A stretch of 64,000 bases of DNA from Paragordius varius (Eukaryota; Animalia; Nematomorpha): assembly GCA_964247055.1 (NCBI GenBank), contig OZ176054.1, forward strand, positions 12,028,001 to 12,092,000, written 5' to 3'. Below are positions 13,646 to 27,800 of this stretch, one piece after another. The notes beneath the pieces were generated by a model that did not search any database, was not told the origin of the DNA, and saw nothing but the letters and a program-made list of their open reading frames with translations. Within the stretch, counting starts at the first letter, position 1. Each line of letters begins with the position of its first letter. A program made the translations under genes and the position numbers.

Positions 13646-15180
13646 GTATAGAAAATATAAAATCAAAATTTTTTGACAATATTTTGTTTATATCATAATA
13701 TGCTAAGTAAATTAATCTGTCATAACATCGTGCTTTCCCAGTTCCTTTGCCCTAATAACAAAACTGTCCATTTTAGGAGGGTGGTTAGTGTCACACTTTT
13801 GGAGTCATTTAAAATAAATATTTATAATTTTTTTTATTGCCATCTATATTTTTTAAAATTAACCTAAATGTAAGTTAGATATTATTTAGATTATTAGTAA
13901 TTGACCATCTTTGAAATATTTAAATAGGACCCTCAATTTTGGTAAATATGTAACCGTTGGAGGCATAAACAGATCATTTTCACCTATTACTTTAAGCTCA
14001 TATATCATATAATACTATTACATAATACTATTAAAAAAATGATACAACTATATTTTTGAATTTGATTCTGTAAGATCATTTATCCCTTTTACCATCTAAA
14101 ATTAAAATTTAAAAGTAAGCAATGTATACAATGATTTTGTGTTTTTATAGAATGTGGTAAATTTTGCTAACTAACATAGAGATTATGCAAAAAGTAGATT
14201 TTTTATTTGCTTTTGAATAAAAGTATCTACTGTGGAATTTACGCAACCTTTTGATTACAATTTAAAGAAAGTAAGAATCCACCCAATAATATCTCTGGAA
14301 AATGGTTTAAATTGGTGGCAAATCTATTTTGTTGAGCTTTACAATAAAATTCGCAGGAGACAATCGGGAGAGATAACACATTTTACTCATTAACTTAAAC
14401 TTCGCCATCGTTTGAATATAGATGATTTCCATCAATATTGCTTTTTGTCTGATGTTTAACCTCTTTTTAATTTGTTCATAAACATACAAATTAATTAAAT
14501 TGATGATATACTTTGGTATATAAATATTAGCTTTAATAAGTTAGCTTTTATCTCACATAATGTTGATGAAGTTGGCGATTTGCCTTTCATGGTAACCTTA
14601 ATGAGGGTATCTATATTTTTTCGTAAGTAAACTTTTGAAGTTATGATTTTTATCGTTTGAAGATTGCATAAAGGTTTATCGTTCCAGGTTAGGTCTTATT
14701 TGTATTAACCACATCATAATTATGAATTTTTAATTGCTTCTTAATTATTTATTCATATAGCCACGAACACTAACTTTATGCCAGGTCGTATATTTTTAAT
14801 TAGGTTTTTTATAGTTTATAAAAGGACATATCAACAAACGCAACTTTTATAAATTTACCTGCAACACTTCATTAACTTTTCACTTTTTTATTTTATATTA
14901 CCTTATTGATAGTTTTTTTATCCCAGAGCTCAATTTTATAAACTAACTATTGTTTAAGTTATATTTAAAAATTGATAATCAAACATTGTTCTAATCTATT
15001 AGTTAAAAATGCTTTAGTTGTAACAGTCTTGTGACTTCTAGAGCCTAAAATTAGGACAGCTACAAAACACTTTAAAACAAACAGGTAATATTTATATCAA
15101 AACATATCAAGTTTAGCGTGAAAGTTTTTTATAATATTTAAATTTTGCATAATATATATGAATCCTGTTGCATTGGCAAT

Positions 15181-15769
15181 TTAACACTTGGATACAAAAC
15201 ACTCATTTTAGTCCTTCGATTCAAATTGGGATAGTTGGATACACCAGGCCTGTTTAAAATCGAATACTTTAAAAAGTATGGAAGGAATCGAAACCATGGC
15301 AAAATTTTGCACTTAAATAACATTAATAAAGCGAAATATATAAACATATTTATTCAAAAATACTTGATATTACTTATTATAAGCTAAAACCAAGGGGTAA
15401 AAATTTGGTCAACGTGACATGTGTCAAATTCTAAAATTAAGATATAATACAAAATAAACCGCTTTTTCTATTTCTATCGATGTTAGATGTAATTATATAA
15501 AAAATTAGCTTTAGTTTTACCCTTAAAATTAAATGAAGACGATATTTTGCAAAAATTTTGTAAAATAAAAATGGCGTCGAAGTAGTTTGAGATGGAACTT
15601 TTTTTTCAAAACAAAATTTTATCAAGATATTTTGGCACATTTATATAATTTTCATTAAGTTAGAAGCATAAATTTAAATTGGGGCCGTTTCCTTCAGTAG
15701 TTTTTTTAATATATTAATTTAAATTTAGTCTGGGGTATTTAGATACCCCAATTTGAATCGAAGTGTTAA
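15181..15769. mobile_element. piggyBac-like MITE, copy 2
   Basis: TTAA|CACTT...CGATTCAAATTGGG ... CCCAATTTGAATCGAAGTG|TTAA. Colinear with 6603-7174. Confidence 0.75.
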
Positions 15770-15959
15770 ATAAATTTATAGCGAGTAATTAATATCATAC
15801 AAACCAAACAAATATCATGTCATAAATGAAATCAAAACTATCCAAAATACGGGCCACATTATGGGTATATAACTGTATACCGAAAATATATGAAGGTTCA
15901 TCACTGGTACTTACCTCAAAATTAAAGGGCTACAAAAAATATTAATGATGTCTCAAGAG

Positions 15960-16110
15960 CTAGTGCACTATATAATACTGAAAAAAATCTTATTTGCTTG
16001 ACATATTTGTATATTTAAACAGAAAATAATTATATTCATAATTAATAACTCATGGCCATGAAAAAGCATTTTAGGTTGCATGGCCGCGGATTGCTGTTTA
16101 AATACCACTG
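15960..16110 (+). mobile_element. Degenerate hAT right end about 200 nt upstream of the TOP2 start
   Basis: Ends AATACCACTG and contains CATGGCC motifs as in the right ends of copies 1 and 2. Left boundary approximate. Confidence 0.4.
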
Positions 16111-16308
16111 AACCTTTATTATCGTGTCATATAGTTACTAATATTATTTAATCCATTTTTAAGCAATTAAAAATTATTATTTATAAATGTCCATCCATAT
16201 CATGGGGCCTCCAGAAAAACTGTATTTTGTGTCTTTTTTCAAATTTTAGCGCAATTCTGTTTTGCATACATTCAATTACAACAGTTGAATTCGTCTGCTT
16301 CGGTTAAA

Positions 16309-18776
16309 ATGAGCGATGATGAAGATTTTATAGTAGAATCTGTTAAAAGCAACACAGTAATCAATAAATATCGATGAATATTAAAATATTTTCAACAATA
16401 TTATTTGTATAATTTTTTATTTCTAAAATTATCATAATTTAGGTGAAAAACGGTATTAAAACCGCAATATCGACCCCACCTTTCAAAAGTAAGGCAACAA
16501 GTGGAAAAGCTTTGGAAAAAATATATCAGAAGAAAACTCAATTGGAACATGTTTTATTGCGGCCAGATACTTATATAGGATCTGTTCAACCTACCACTCA
16601 AGTACATAAAACGTTTTATCTTTTAGCCTATGTGGGTATGGGATCGGGCAGATGGCTTAATATTCAGAGAAATTACTTTTGTGCCAGGATTATTTAAAAT
16701 ATTTGATGAGATATTAGTGAATGCTGCTGATAACAAAATTAGAGATTCGACTATGAATTGCATTAAAATAAATATTGATCGGTATAACTTTTTATCTAAT
16801 AATTTATAGCGACAAGAATTCTATATCCATATGGAATAATGGGAAAGGCATACCAGTTGTCGAGCACAAAACCGAAAAAATCTTTATTCCGGAACTAATA
16901 TTTGGGCACCTTTTGACATCTAGCAATTTTAACGATGATGAAAAAAAGGTTACGGGTGGTCGAAATGGTTATGGCGCTAAGCTATGTAACATATTTAGCT
17001 CATCTTTTACCGTTGAAACAGCTTGTCGGGAATATGGCAAGAAATTTAAACAGGTTTTTATTAGATATTTTATGTATTTTTTATGGGTGGGGAAAATAAA
17101 ATTAAGAAGTTTTAAAAGGTGTTTCAACACAAAGGAATATTATTTTAATAAGGCATAAGCAACATTTATGATTTACATTACAGCCTTTTTATTTATATTT
17201 AATATACATTTATTATTGATTTAATCAGCAAACTTACAAATTTTCTCCTTACCATACAAACCAAGTGCTCGTGTTTATATAATCCACTTATTTATTTTTT
17301 CATCATTGTTTTTATGTTAATAATGTTTTAGACATGGACAAACAATATGTCATCAACCGTGAAAGCAAAAATATCGGAACATTCTGGAACCGATTTCACT
17401 TGCATAACGTTTGAACCTGATCTGGCCAAGTTCCACATGACACAATTGGATGATGATATTATAGATTTATTTTCTAAACGGGCCTATGATATTGCCGCTT
17501 CAACCGGGGGTGGTGTCAAAATTTATCTCAACAATAGACGTTTACCGGTAATAACACGTTTCTTAGGAATTTGAGTTTAAATTTAATTTTTCAAGTTAAT
17601 TGAATGTGCAAATAAAAGCGCTGATAATATAAACAAACGCGCGCATAAATTTAAATTAACTATATTTTGTGTTGATAATGCACATGGAGGTTTACAGTCT
17701 TGGCACTATTTTTTTGATGATCTCACTATAGTTAAAGTACATGGTCATATATAAAAATTGGTATAGATATTTTAATCTCTCATATAAGATTTTTTGTCTA
17801 TTTATTTTCTTTTACTTTTTAACTCTATTTATCGTATATTTTACGCATTATTTAATATTTGAAACATATAATCTATAAACTCTTTAATCAAATTATCCAA
17901 CATTATACAGAGAAAACGTAAAAACAGATATAAACAAATATTTTTTTCCAAAAACCATAATATATTTCAAACCTTTTCTACATTAATTGTACAATATGTA
18001 ATTGTTAACAATTTGCATCTCTAACTTCATACTTTGCAATTTGAAACAATGAGCTGAATTTAAAAAACCGCTTTAAAAAAGTAAGCGGTTTGTTGGAAAA
18101 TATATATTTCTCCTTATGTTTTTACGTTTTGTGTGTATCATAATTTCGATTTTCACAGTATTTACCCATTTATTCCAGCTTTTTCACACGTTTTTTTTAC
18201 CATATATATTTGCTTCTATCGTTTTTAGATTGATAACTTTAAGGATTACATCCATTTGTACACGAGTGGTCAAGTCGATGATCAGGGCGAACCCCTTAAA
18301 GTTGTTTATGAACGCGTTGGTTCTCGTTGGGAAATTGCCGTTTGCACCAGTGATAAAGGCTTTCAATCCGTCAGTTTTGTCAACAGTATAAGCACAACCA
18401 AGGGTGGAACTCATGTTGAATATGCCACGGATCAAATTGTCACCAAATTGCTCGACATTGTTAAGAAAAAGAATAAGGCCGGGCTGAAAATTAAACCGTA
18501 TCAGGTTGGTGGATGATTTAATAGTTTTATATTGGTTTTTACTAGGTTTATTAAAGAATGTAAATTTTTGTGATAATTATTAGTAAGATTATTTTAAATA
18601 TTTTAAATTTCTATTTTATTAATTGATCAATCGTCATTTATTCTTTATGAACCGTTTAAGTTAGGATTTTTATTGCTTGTTTAATTATTGCAATTATTTA
18701 AGGCTGAATATGTAATTCAACCTATTATCCCATATTTTTACATTACATTACTATATTAATCATTTTATTTGATTTA

Positions 18777-18822
<46 letters not shown>

Positions 18823-21800
18823 ATTAAAAATCATTTATGGGTCTTTGTTAATTGCTTGATTGAAAATCCATCCTTTGATTCACAAACCAAAGAAAACATG
18901 ACACTACCCGTCAAATCTTTTGGCTCTCAATGTACGATACCTGAAAAGTTTTTAAACACTTTCACGAAATGTGGTATCATAGAAAATATTATGACTTGGA
19001 TACATTTCAAAGCTCAGGTATAGTGTAGTAGTACAAAAATGATTTTATTATATAACAACCAATTTTATTTTTTTGTGTGTAACTAATTGAATTGATACGA
19101 GTTAAATGAATTTATGTGTTTATATATTATGTGTAATATATCCGATGTTGAACCAACTTGCGAATAATATGTGAAAAAATGCTTATAAACAAGGATCAAA
19201 ATAGTTTTTATTTAGATATATTATTAATGTCAAATGAAAATGTGGAATTACAATTATCGAAAATATTTAAATACGCATTATACACATTTTTTATATTAAG
19301 TAAGTATTTTTTTTTGATTTTCCCAGTTATACATTTTTTTTCATCAACAAACTACAAATTAAATTATTCAACAACATATGTAGTAAAATTTTATTTCTTA
19401 TATCGTATAGAATCAATTGAATACGAAATGCGTATCCAAAAAGTTGAGTAAAATTAAAGGCATCCCCAAACTCAATGATGCCAACTTGGCTGGAACGAAG
19501 GATTCTCTCGATTGCACACTCATACTAACGGAAGGTGATTCTGCCAAAACATTTGCCGTTTCTGGCATTAGCGTTATAGGGCCAGACAAATTTGGTATTT
19601 TCCCACTCCGTGGAAAGCTTTTGAATGTGCGTGAAGCTACGCATAAACAGGTATATATTTATGCGTTTATATATTGATTATTATTGTTACTTAAGATAAT
19701 GTTGGTAAGGTTTTAGTATTCTTTTTATTATTAATACTTTATGGTTTATTGAGGCAATTTTTTACGTAACACATACCCTTGTGTAGTACAACTTATGATT
19801 TTACAGACCATACTTCAACAGGATCATTTCTGTAGTCTGATACGTGCTAAGCTACACCAAACTTACTAGTTACCATATATATATATAATGTATAGTTGAT
19901 ATGGCATTTTTTTTGTTTTTAATAATGTACCTACTTTTTTGGGGTCTTTATAGGAAAATGCAGCAAAGTTTGGTTTTTTTTGGGAGGACAGATTAGAAAG
20001 TTTTATTGGTGGGAGACCTCTTTTCTTTTAAGCGATTATTGAGCTAATTTATTATGTTTTACGAGCATTTATGGGACAATTGTGATTTAGGTTATTGTGA
20101 AAGGAAATAATTTTTCTTGTTTATATTTAAAAATAGTGTAATAGATTTTAAAATTATGAAATGAATAATTAAAAACACAAATCGATTCTGTTTTTTATAC
20201 TAATAAAGGTGAGGATTTTCTTGCACAAGTATGGTTAACCATTGTATGTTACTCCAATTATTACGCATTTGATTTAATCATTTTCTTGCGATTATTATTC
20301 ATATGCCTTTCTTCCCACCAAACTTAGTTTCTTTCTTGCTTCCCAGGATGTTAATTATCATCTTGATCATAAAGGTATCTATAATTTTACAGGGATTTTA
20401 TGAGTGGAGATATATTGTACATTCATGCCAGTTTATATACTCTTCCGCCGTTATAACAAAATATTACATAGGACGATTGTGTTAAAATTATATAATTTTA
20501 TTACTGCTCTTTAAAATCCATAGCTGGTAGATAACATTGAAATCAATCACATAATACGTATAATTGGTTTGCAATACAAGAAGCAATACAATACGTTGGA
20601 GGACCTTAAAACACTTCGTTATGGCCGTATAATGATTATGACTGACCAGGATCAAGATGGGAGCCATATCAAAGGACTCATTATAAATTTCATACATTAC
20701 CACTGGCCTTCGTTGATAAAACAACCGTTTATGGATGAATTCATCACGCCGCTTGTTAAGGTTTTTAGTTTTGTAGTTTTAATTTTGGTTCTCAATGCAT
20801 ATTCCTTTTTTTGTTGAATGAAGGGTTAAATAGTTTAGAAAAAAAGATGATTTAAGATAGTTTTGAAAATTAAACGACCGGTTATTTCGATTATTTAATT
20901 AATTAGCTTTGCGTAGAGATTAAAGTTTTTTAATATTTTTACATATTTGAAAACAATTCTATTATATATATTCATATAAATTATAAATTATACTAGTTAA
21001 ATAGATATAAAGATAGCAAAAGATGTTCCGATCATACTTTTTTTAATGCTAAACAAATAATTATTTTTATATAAATATAATTATCATTACCCATCTTTCC
21101 CTTTTTTGTTTCATTTTAACTTTTATATCTTTTTTTCCCCAAACGCTCATAGGTCAGTAAAAAGAAAGAACCAGATCGTGATTTTTTTAGCTTGCCCGAG
21201 TTTGAGGAATGGAAACGGAATACGGCCGATTGGAACAGCTGGTCTATCAAATACTTCAAAGGTTTGGGTACATCTACCGCCATTCAAGCTAAACAGTATT
21301 TTGCCAACATGAATCAACACAGGATACGTTTTAAGTACAGTGGGGCTCAAGATGATGACTCTATTTTACTGGTAAAAATTTTTTTAAGGTTACATATATG
21401 TCAAGTTTTGAGATGTGCAAAATTAGGACTTGTAAAATATGATTATCATAGTTTTGGATAATAAATCGAGAGACTATTGGAGGCGTATATATAATTTAAC
21501 GGGTGGTCGACAGTAACTTGTCAATATTAATCAATATGGGATATGTTTTAAGCACGGTGTGACGGTCAAGATAATGACTCTATTTTACTGCTAAATATGT
21601 TTGTTTTTAAATTTGGTTTTTAAATAAAATATAATGAGAAAGTTTTGTATTTAAAGTGGTAAAATTGAGATTCGATTAATAAAGGTTAATGTACTTTCCT
21701 TTCTAACATGAATTAACCTAGGAACCGTTTTGAGTTTGTGGCCCTCAGATGACTCGATAATTTATTTCATCTTACGCTCGAATTATTTATTATATATTTC

Positions 21801-24800
21801 TATATTTATAATATTTAAAATATGAAGATTTTTGTTTAAAGATAAATTGAATAATAACTCTTTTATTAAATAAAATATATAACATGGATTAGTTTATTCA
21901 TTTAAAATCGATGGTGTTTAGGCCTTTAGTAGGAAACGGATTGAGGATCGCAAAGAATGGCTTAAACGATGGATGGAGGAAAGAAAAGAACGGCGATTAC
22001 AAAATTTGCCAGAGTTATTTTTGTATGGGAAAAGTGCGAGTCATCTCACATATTCCGACTTCATTAACAAGGAGTTAGTCTTGTTCAGTAATATGGATAA
22101 TGAACGCTCTATCCCTAGCATATGTGATGGTATGCAGAATAGTTTTGTTTTTTAGGGTTTGAAAGACGGTTTTTTTTCTCTATATCGAATATGAATATTA
22201 TTACAAATGCTTTTTTTCGCTTTAAAAAACGAAATAATTCAGCAAGGAAAAAGAATCTAAGGTAAGCATAATTATAAATATATTTTATAAACGAATAATA
22301 TTAGCTATGGTGTTTTTTTAGGATTGAGGATTTTTTCTATTTATGCCTAATTAGGATCTGATTAAACATACTTTTTGCATATTATGAATAACAGTTTTTT
22401 TTACATTTTATATTGCCTTTCTTAAATATTGGGCATTATATTTGGGGAGTCGGACTAAAACTTTATTTTTTTACATGGTTTTATTAAGTATTTGAAAGAT
22501 ACTATGATTTTAATTTTAAATATATTTATATATGCCTTTATATAATATGAACGAAAAGCAAAAATGATTTTGTAAATTCATTAATCGACTAAGATATTAC
22601 ATTTTTGATTTTAGCATGACTTAACCTCAGAAAATATTTTATCACAACTATTATATCTATATACTTGTCCATATACAATTATTTAGGTCTCAAACCTGGT
22701 CAACGCAAAGTTTTATTCACTTGCTTTAAACGTAATGATAAACGGGAAGTCAAAGTTGCCCAATTAGCGGGTTCTGTATCAGAGCTATCGGCCTATCACC
22801 ATGGCGAGGTTAAATATTACATTAATTTTTATAAATTAAAAAATGTACTTTAAAGATGCATTTTATTAAATCCCTATAAAAAAATTTTAGGATTGTGTTA
22901 TAATTTTGTAAACTCCAAGTATATTTTTATGGCATGACCAATGAATGTATTTATAACTTTGAATAAATGTAATTGTTATAAAAAAATCACCAGCATTTAA
23001 AACCGGTTAATAAACGATTATTATTATTATATTTTAATCGTTCCACACCCAACCCTACTACATAAAAGCGCATATTATGCTCTAATTAATTATTTAGCTA
23101 TTTTTGCTTTTTTCATTTGCATATAATGAACAACTTTTTATTTTGTTTAGGCTTCACTCATGGGTACCATCATAAATTTGGCCCAAAATTATGTGGGGAG
23201 CAATAATCTTAACATACTCAGACCTAATGGTCAGTTTGGAAGCCGTTTGAGGGGTGGTAAAGATGCAGCCAGTCCTCGTTACATATTTACTATGTTAAGG
23301 TTCGTTTTTACTAAAATTCTTACATAAATTTCTCATTTTAAATATTTTATAGGCAACATATATACAGTGTTTTAAATGTCCTCTAATGACTTATTAATAT
23401 CCATTTTGTTTGTTGGATTTGTGACCAATTTTATTAGTTTTAGTCAATTAGTTTGCATCCGTTATTATTGATTGGAGTTTTTTAGTTGCTTTTTATTTTT
23501 ATAAATATTATCTATTCAAATTTCTATTAGTTTTAGTCAATTTATTTACTTTTTTTACACCCTACCCTTTTCTTCTTAATGCGCTTTTAGAAAAAATACC
23601 ATTGTTTCCAACTATATCGAAATACATTAAGATTACATTAACTATCATACCAAAAAAGTTTAACCATTATTTGAGAAACCTTTAGTTTACATTTCAATTA
23701 TTCTTACTGTACATATATTCACTTTCACTTATGTCTAGTCCAATAACACGAGCCCTATTTAGCCCGCTGGATGATCCCGTTTTAAATTACTTAACGGATG
23801 ATAATTTACGCGTAGAACCGGAATGGTATTGTCCCATTATACCTATGATCTTGGTTAATGGAGCTGAGGGGATTGGCACCGGTTGGTCCACCAAAATACC
23901 CAATTATGATACGCGCGAAGTTGTACGTAACATTATACACATGATTCATGTGGATCAAGAACGGACTAAAAAAGATGGGTAAATTAATTTGATATATGTA
24001 TAGGAAAACCTATAATGATGTGGAATGGTATGGTAGGTTTAGGGCGACTGACTTTTAAATTGCCCGAAACTGTGCAATTTTCCCAACATCATTGTGTCAG
24101 CCATGGACAGGCAAGCGAGTGTTAAAGCCTTCGCAACTTTTGTACAATTTTAGTCCTTACCCTTTAATATAAAAAGGAAAAAAGAAAATATAAAATATAA
24201 TTTATCTATCATATAAGTACCAATAATGGGTTTGTTAGTTTTTGTTTTTAAATTTATATTTCTCTTTAAATGCCAAAAGTATTGACTTTTTGGATTATGG
24301 TAGTTCGATTTGAAACATAAGTTATTATATACCTCTTTTATGTACAGTCTATGTGTGTGATTGAGTATTTTAAATAATAAAACTTTTAATACACTATACA
24401 CTGTGTGGTTTAAATACGACTTTTAAAATCTATTGTTGTTTTTTTACCCAATTTGTGAAACTTTATCCATAGTAATTGAATCAACCTCAAAAAACCAACA
24501 AAATATTATTTTATTGGTCATTTTTATTATTAATTTATTTTTAGTAGATAGATATAAAAGTGTTTTATGATTTATATCCAGTTTTTGCTTAACTTTAATT
24601 AAACTTCTAATACTGTAAAAAATTTCAGTTTATTAAAATTTAATCTTAGATAACCAATTATTATGATAACTAGTGAAAGTGAAAACAATGAATCATTGCC
24701 AACCCCTTTCCATATGATACCGCGTTACAAGAATTACAAGGGAGAAATTTTGGAAATTGAACCGGAACGATGCATGAGTTTTGGTGAAATTAAGGTTTTT

Positions 24801-27800
24801 AATAATTTTATTTAAATTACAAAATGTACTTCAAATAATATATATTTTTATAAAGCTTAAACCACGGTAAAAATTAATAAAAAATCTAAAAAAAGAATTT
24901 GAAAGCAGCATTTATAGTTACATTTAATTCCCTTACAAGAAGGTTTAAATAACTCCTTAACTGTTAATAATAAACATATAATTAATATACATAATCCCCC
25001 TATCATAAATGTATCTTCTATCGCTTTATCCAAATATTCATATATATATATATATATATATATATTTCTAACAATTTTATTTTTCACTTTAATCCAAATA
25101 TACAGGTCTTAAGCAGTAATCAAACGACAAATGCCGCATACACTGACCTGCAAGATGAAATCGAAGATATATGTGGATCCGATCCCAAAGCCGTGGTTGA
25201 ATTGGAGATTACAGAGCTACCGATTCATAAATGGACGGATGATTATAAAACTTTCCTCGATGACTTACTTACAGGTGAAAATTCTTCAAATGCAAACACC
25301 ACAAATTCAACAAAAAGTGGAACAACACAAAATCAGTCTCAGTCTAGTCAGCCTTCAATCCTTGATTACAAAGATTATTGTACGGAAGATAGTATACGGT
25401 TCTTGGTTAAAATGAGTCGACAAAAGTATCTTGAAGCACGTAAAGAGGTACATAGATAGCAATATCCTTTTATTACCAAATGAGATTTTTACATTTAAAG
25501 TGCATATAATGTGTGATTCGATGTTGATGATTAACACATGATTACTTTTAAAATATTTTTTAATAAAGTTTTTAAAATGATGACCTAGGATGGACCTTTT
25601 ATTCAAATGTATGATAATTGGTATCGCTAACCACTTAATGGGTGCTGTCTAATTAAGGAGACCCGCAAAGTGGTATAATTCTTTGGTTTGAATACCTTTC
25701 TTTTACTTATATTTAAGCACAAACTGAGTTTGTTATCTATAAAATAGTTAGAAAGTTATTAAATTATGGGGATTAATGTGCGCATTTAAATATCAGAAAT
25801 AAATTGTTTGTGAGATCGAGCGAGACTTAAGACTTTTCAATTTTAATATGATTTTTATATTATTATTTTTTTCTTAAGGGACTACACAAATTTTTCAAAT
25901 TACAAACACCCATCAGTTTAAACTCTATGGTTTTGTTTGATGCCAATGGTGTACTTAAACGGTACAGCAGAGTTGAAAGCATTATCCAAGAATTTTATCA
26001 AACTCGGCTTGCATATTACCAAAAACGTAAACTGTACATGCAAGGTATAAATATATTGTTTTGTAGTTTTTTGACGTCGATTAAATTTCTCCTGAAATAC
26101 ATAAATCTGAAGTGTTATTTTAGACATTTGGATGAATTATTTGATCGGCATATATGCAAGAAAAATGCTCGTAAAAATACCTTTTTATATTGAAAGATTA
26201 TATAATTTTAAAATTTATTTAACTTGTTATTCAATTTTAACAGTCATAAAATTATGATTTATATTCAAAAAATAATCAAGGTATTTTTTTCACTAAATTT
26301 TCACAATTAATAGGACTGTTCCTTAAAATTATTTATTTTTGTTTTTTTTATTAATTAATTAATTTGTTTTATACATACTAAGGTTTATTAACGGCTGAAG
26401 CCACAAAGTTGGATATGCAAGCTAGATTCATACTTGAAAAAATTCGTGGGGACATTAAGCTTGAAAATGTGAAGCGTGTCGACATTATAAAAACTCTCAT
26501 TTCTCGTGGTTACTTACCAGATCCTGTTAAGGTTAAAACTTAAATAGTTAAATTAAAAATGCATATTTTTTAGAAGCAAAAAACATAAAAAGTTAAGGAA
26601 TTATGTATGTTTTTTGTAAAAAAACATATTTTTAAACTATATTAATTTAAATAACCTATCACTTTGTTTGTGTTGCGGAATAAAGGTAAAGATGTACATG
26701 GTAACCTACCGAAAAAAAACAGTTTTTGATCGTAATAATAAATGCAAATTACTGTTGTACCTTTATGTTTTATACAGATTATTATTCGTATATAAGCTTA
26801 ATTTTATAAGTACCCACGTTCCTAATCTATTATCCATATATTGTGTACAGAAATGGAAACATTCTGTCGATGCCGATAATCCAGAAGAAAATGAGGAACC
26901 TAGCAACACTGAAGATGGCGAAAACGAGGCATCAAAATCCACCCAAGATTTTGAATATTTGCTGGGAATGCCTTTATGGAGTTTAACCAAGGAAAGAGTC
27001 GAGGATTTGATTCAGAAACAAAAAACTAAGGTAGGTATTTTTTTGACTTTGGGGCTTGCTTTTTCATTGCTTTTTTTCTTTTGTATGCCGTTTGACTCCC
27101 ACATTTCATTCCAGTTTGGATTCTGAAAGCATAAGAATCTACTAAAAATTAGTCTTTCAAAGCGTACAAGGGGCACTTCTATATATTTATATATATGAAC
27201 CTTACGTGCTTAGTATTGAGAAAACGTAAATGTTTTTATGTTTAATACATGGTAGATGCATAACACAAAATGACAAATTATTAATAATAGATAGATAAAA
27301 CAAAATACTCATTTTTTTATTTTATTCCTAAGAATGCCGAATTAGCCCATTTGAAGAGTCAAACAATTCATATGCTTTGGCTCAAAGACCTTGAACATTT
27401 TATACAAGAACTTGATAAATGGGAAGCCCACGAAACTGAAGAGGGCAATAAAACCGCATTGTCTTCAAAATCATCGGGCTCTAAGAGTCTTTCCTCCAAA
27501 AATAAGGTAAAATATTACGAATTTATTTTTATAATGGTGGGTTTAAAATTATATGCCTGCTAAATTAATTTAAATATTTATAAATTAAAATCCTCTAGAA
27601 ACGTTTGATTTATTTCTTTATGAAATTGATTGATTAGCGTTCGATTAATATTTTCTAATTTAATGATGTTTAATATTCTTTTGTAATTTTATTTTAAAAA
27701 ATTGATAAATTTGGCATCTACTATCGTTATTAACTTTAGGATTTAATATGAGTATTAACTGTATATATATATTTTTTATTTCTCTCAATTAACATCTCCA

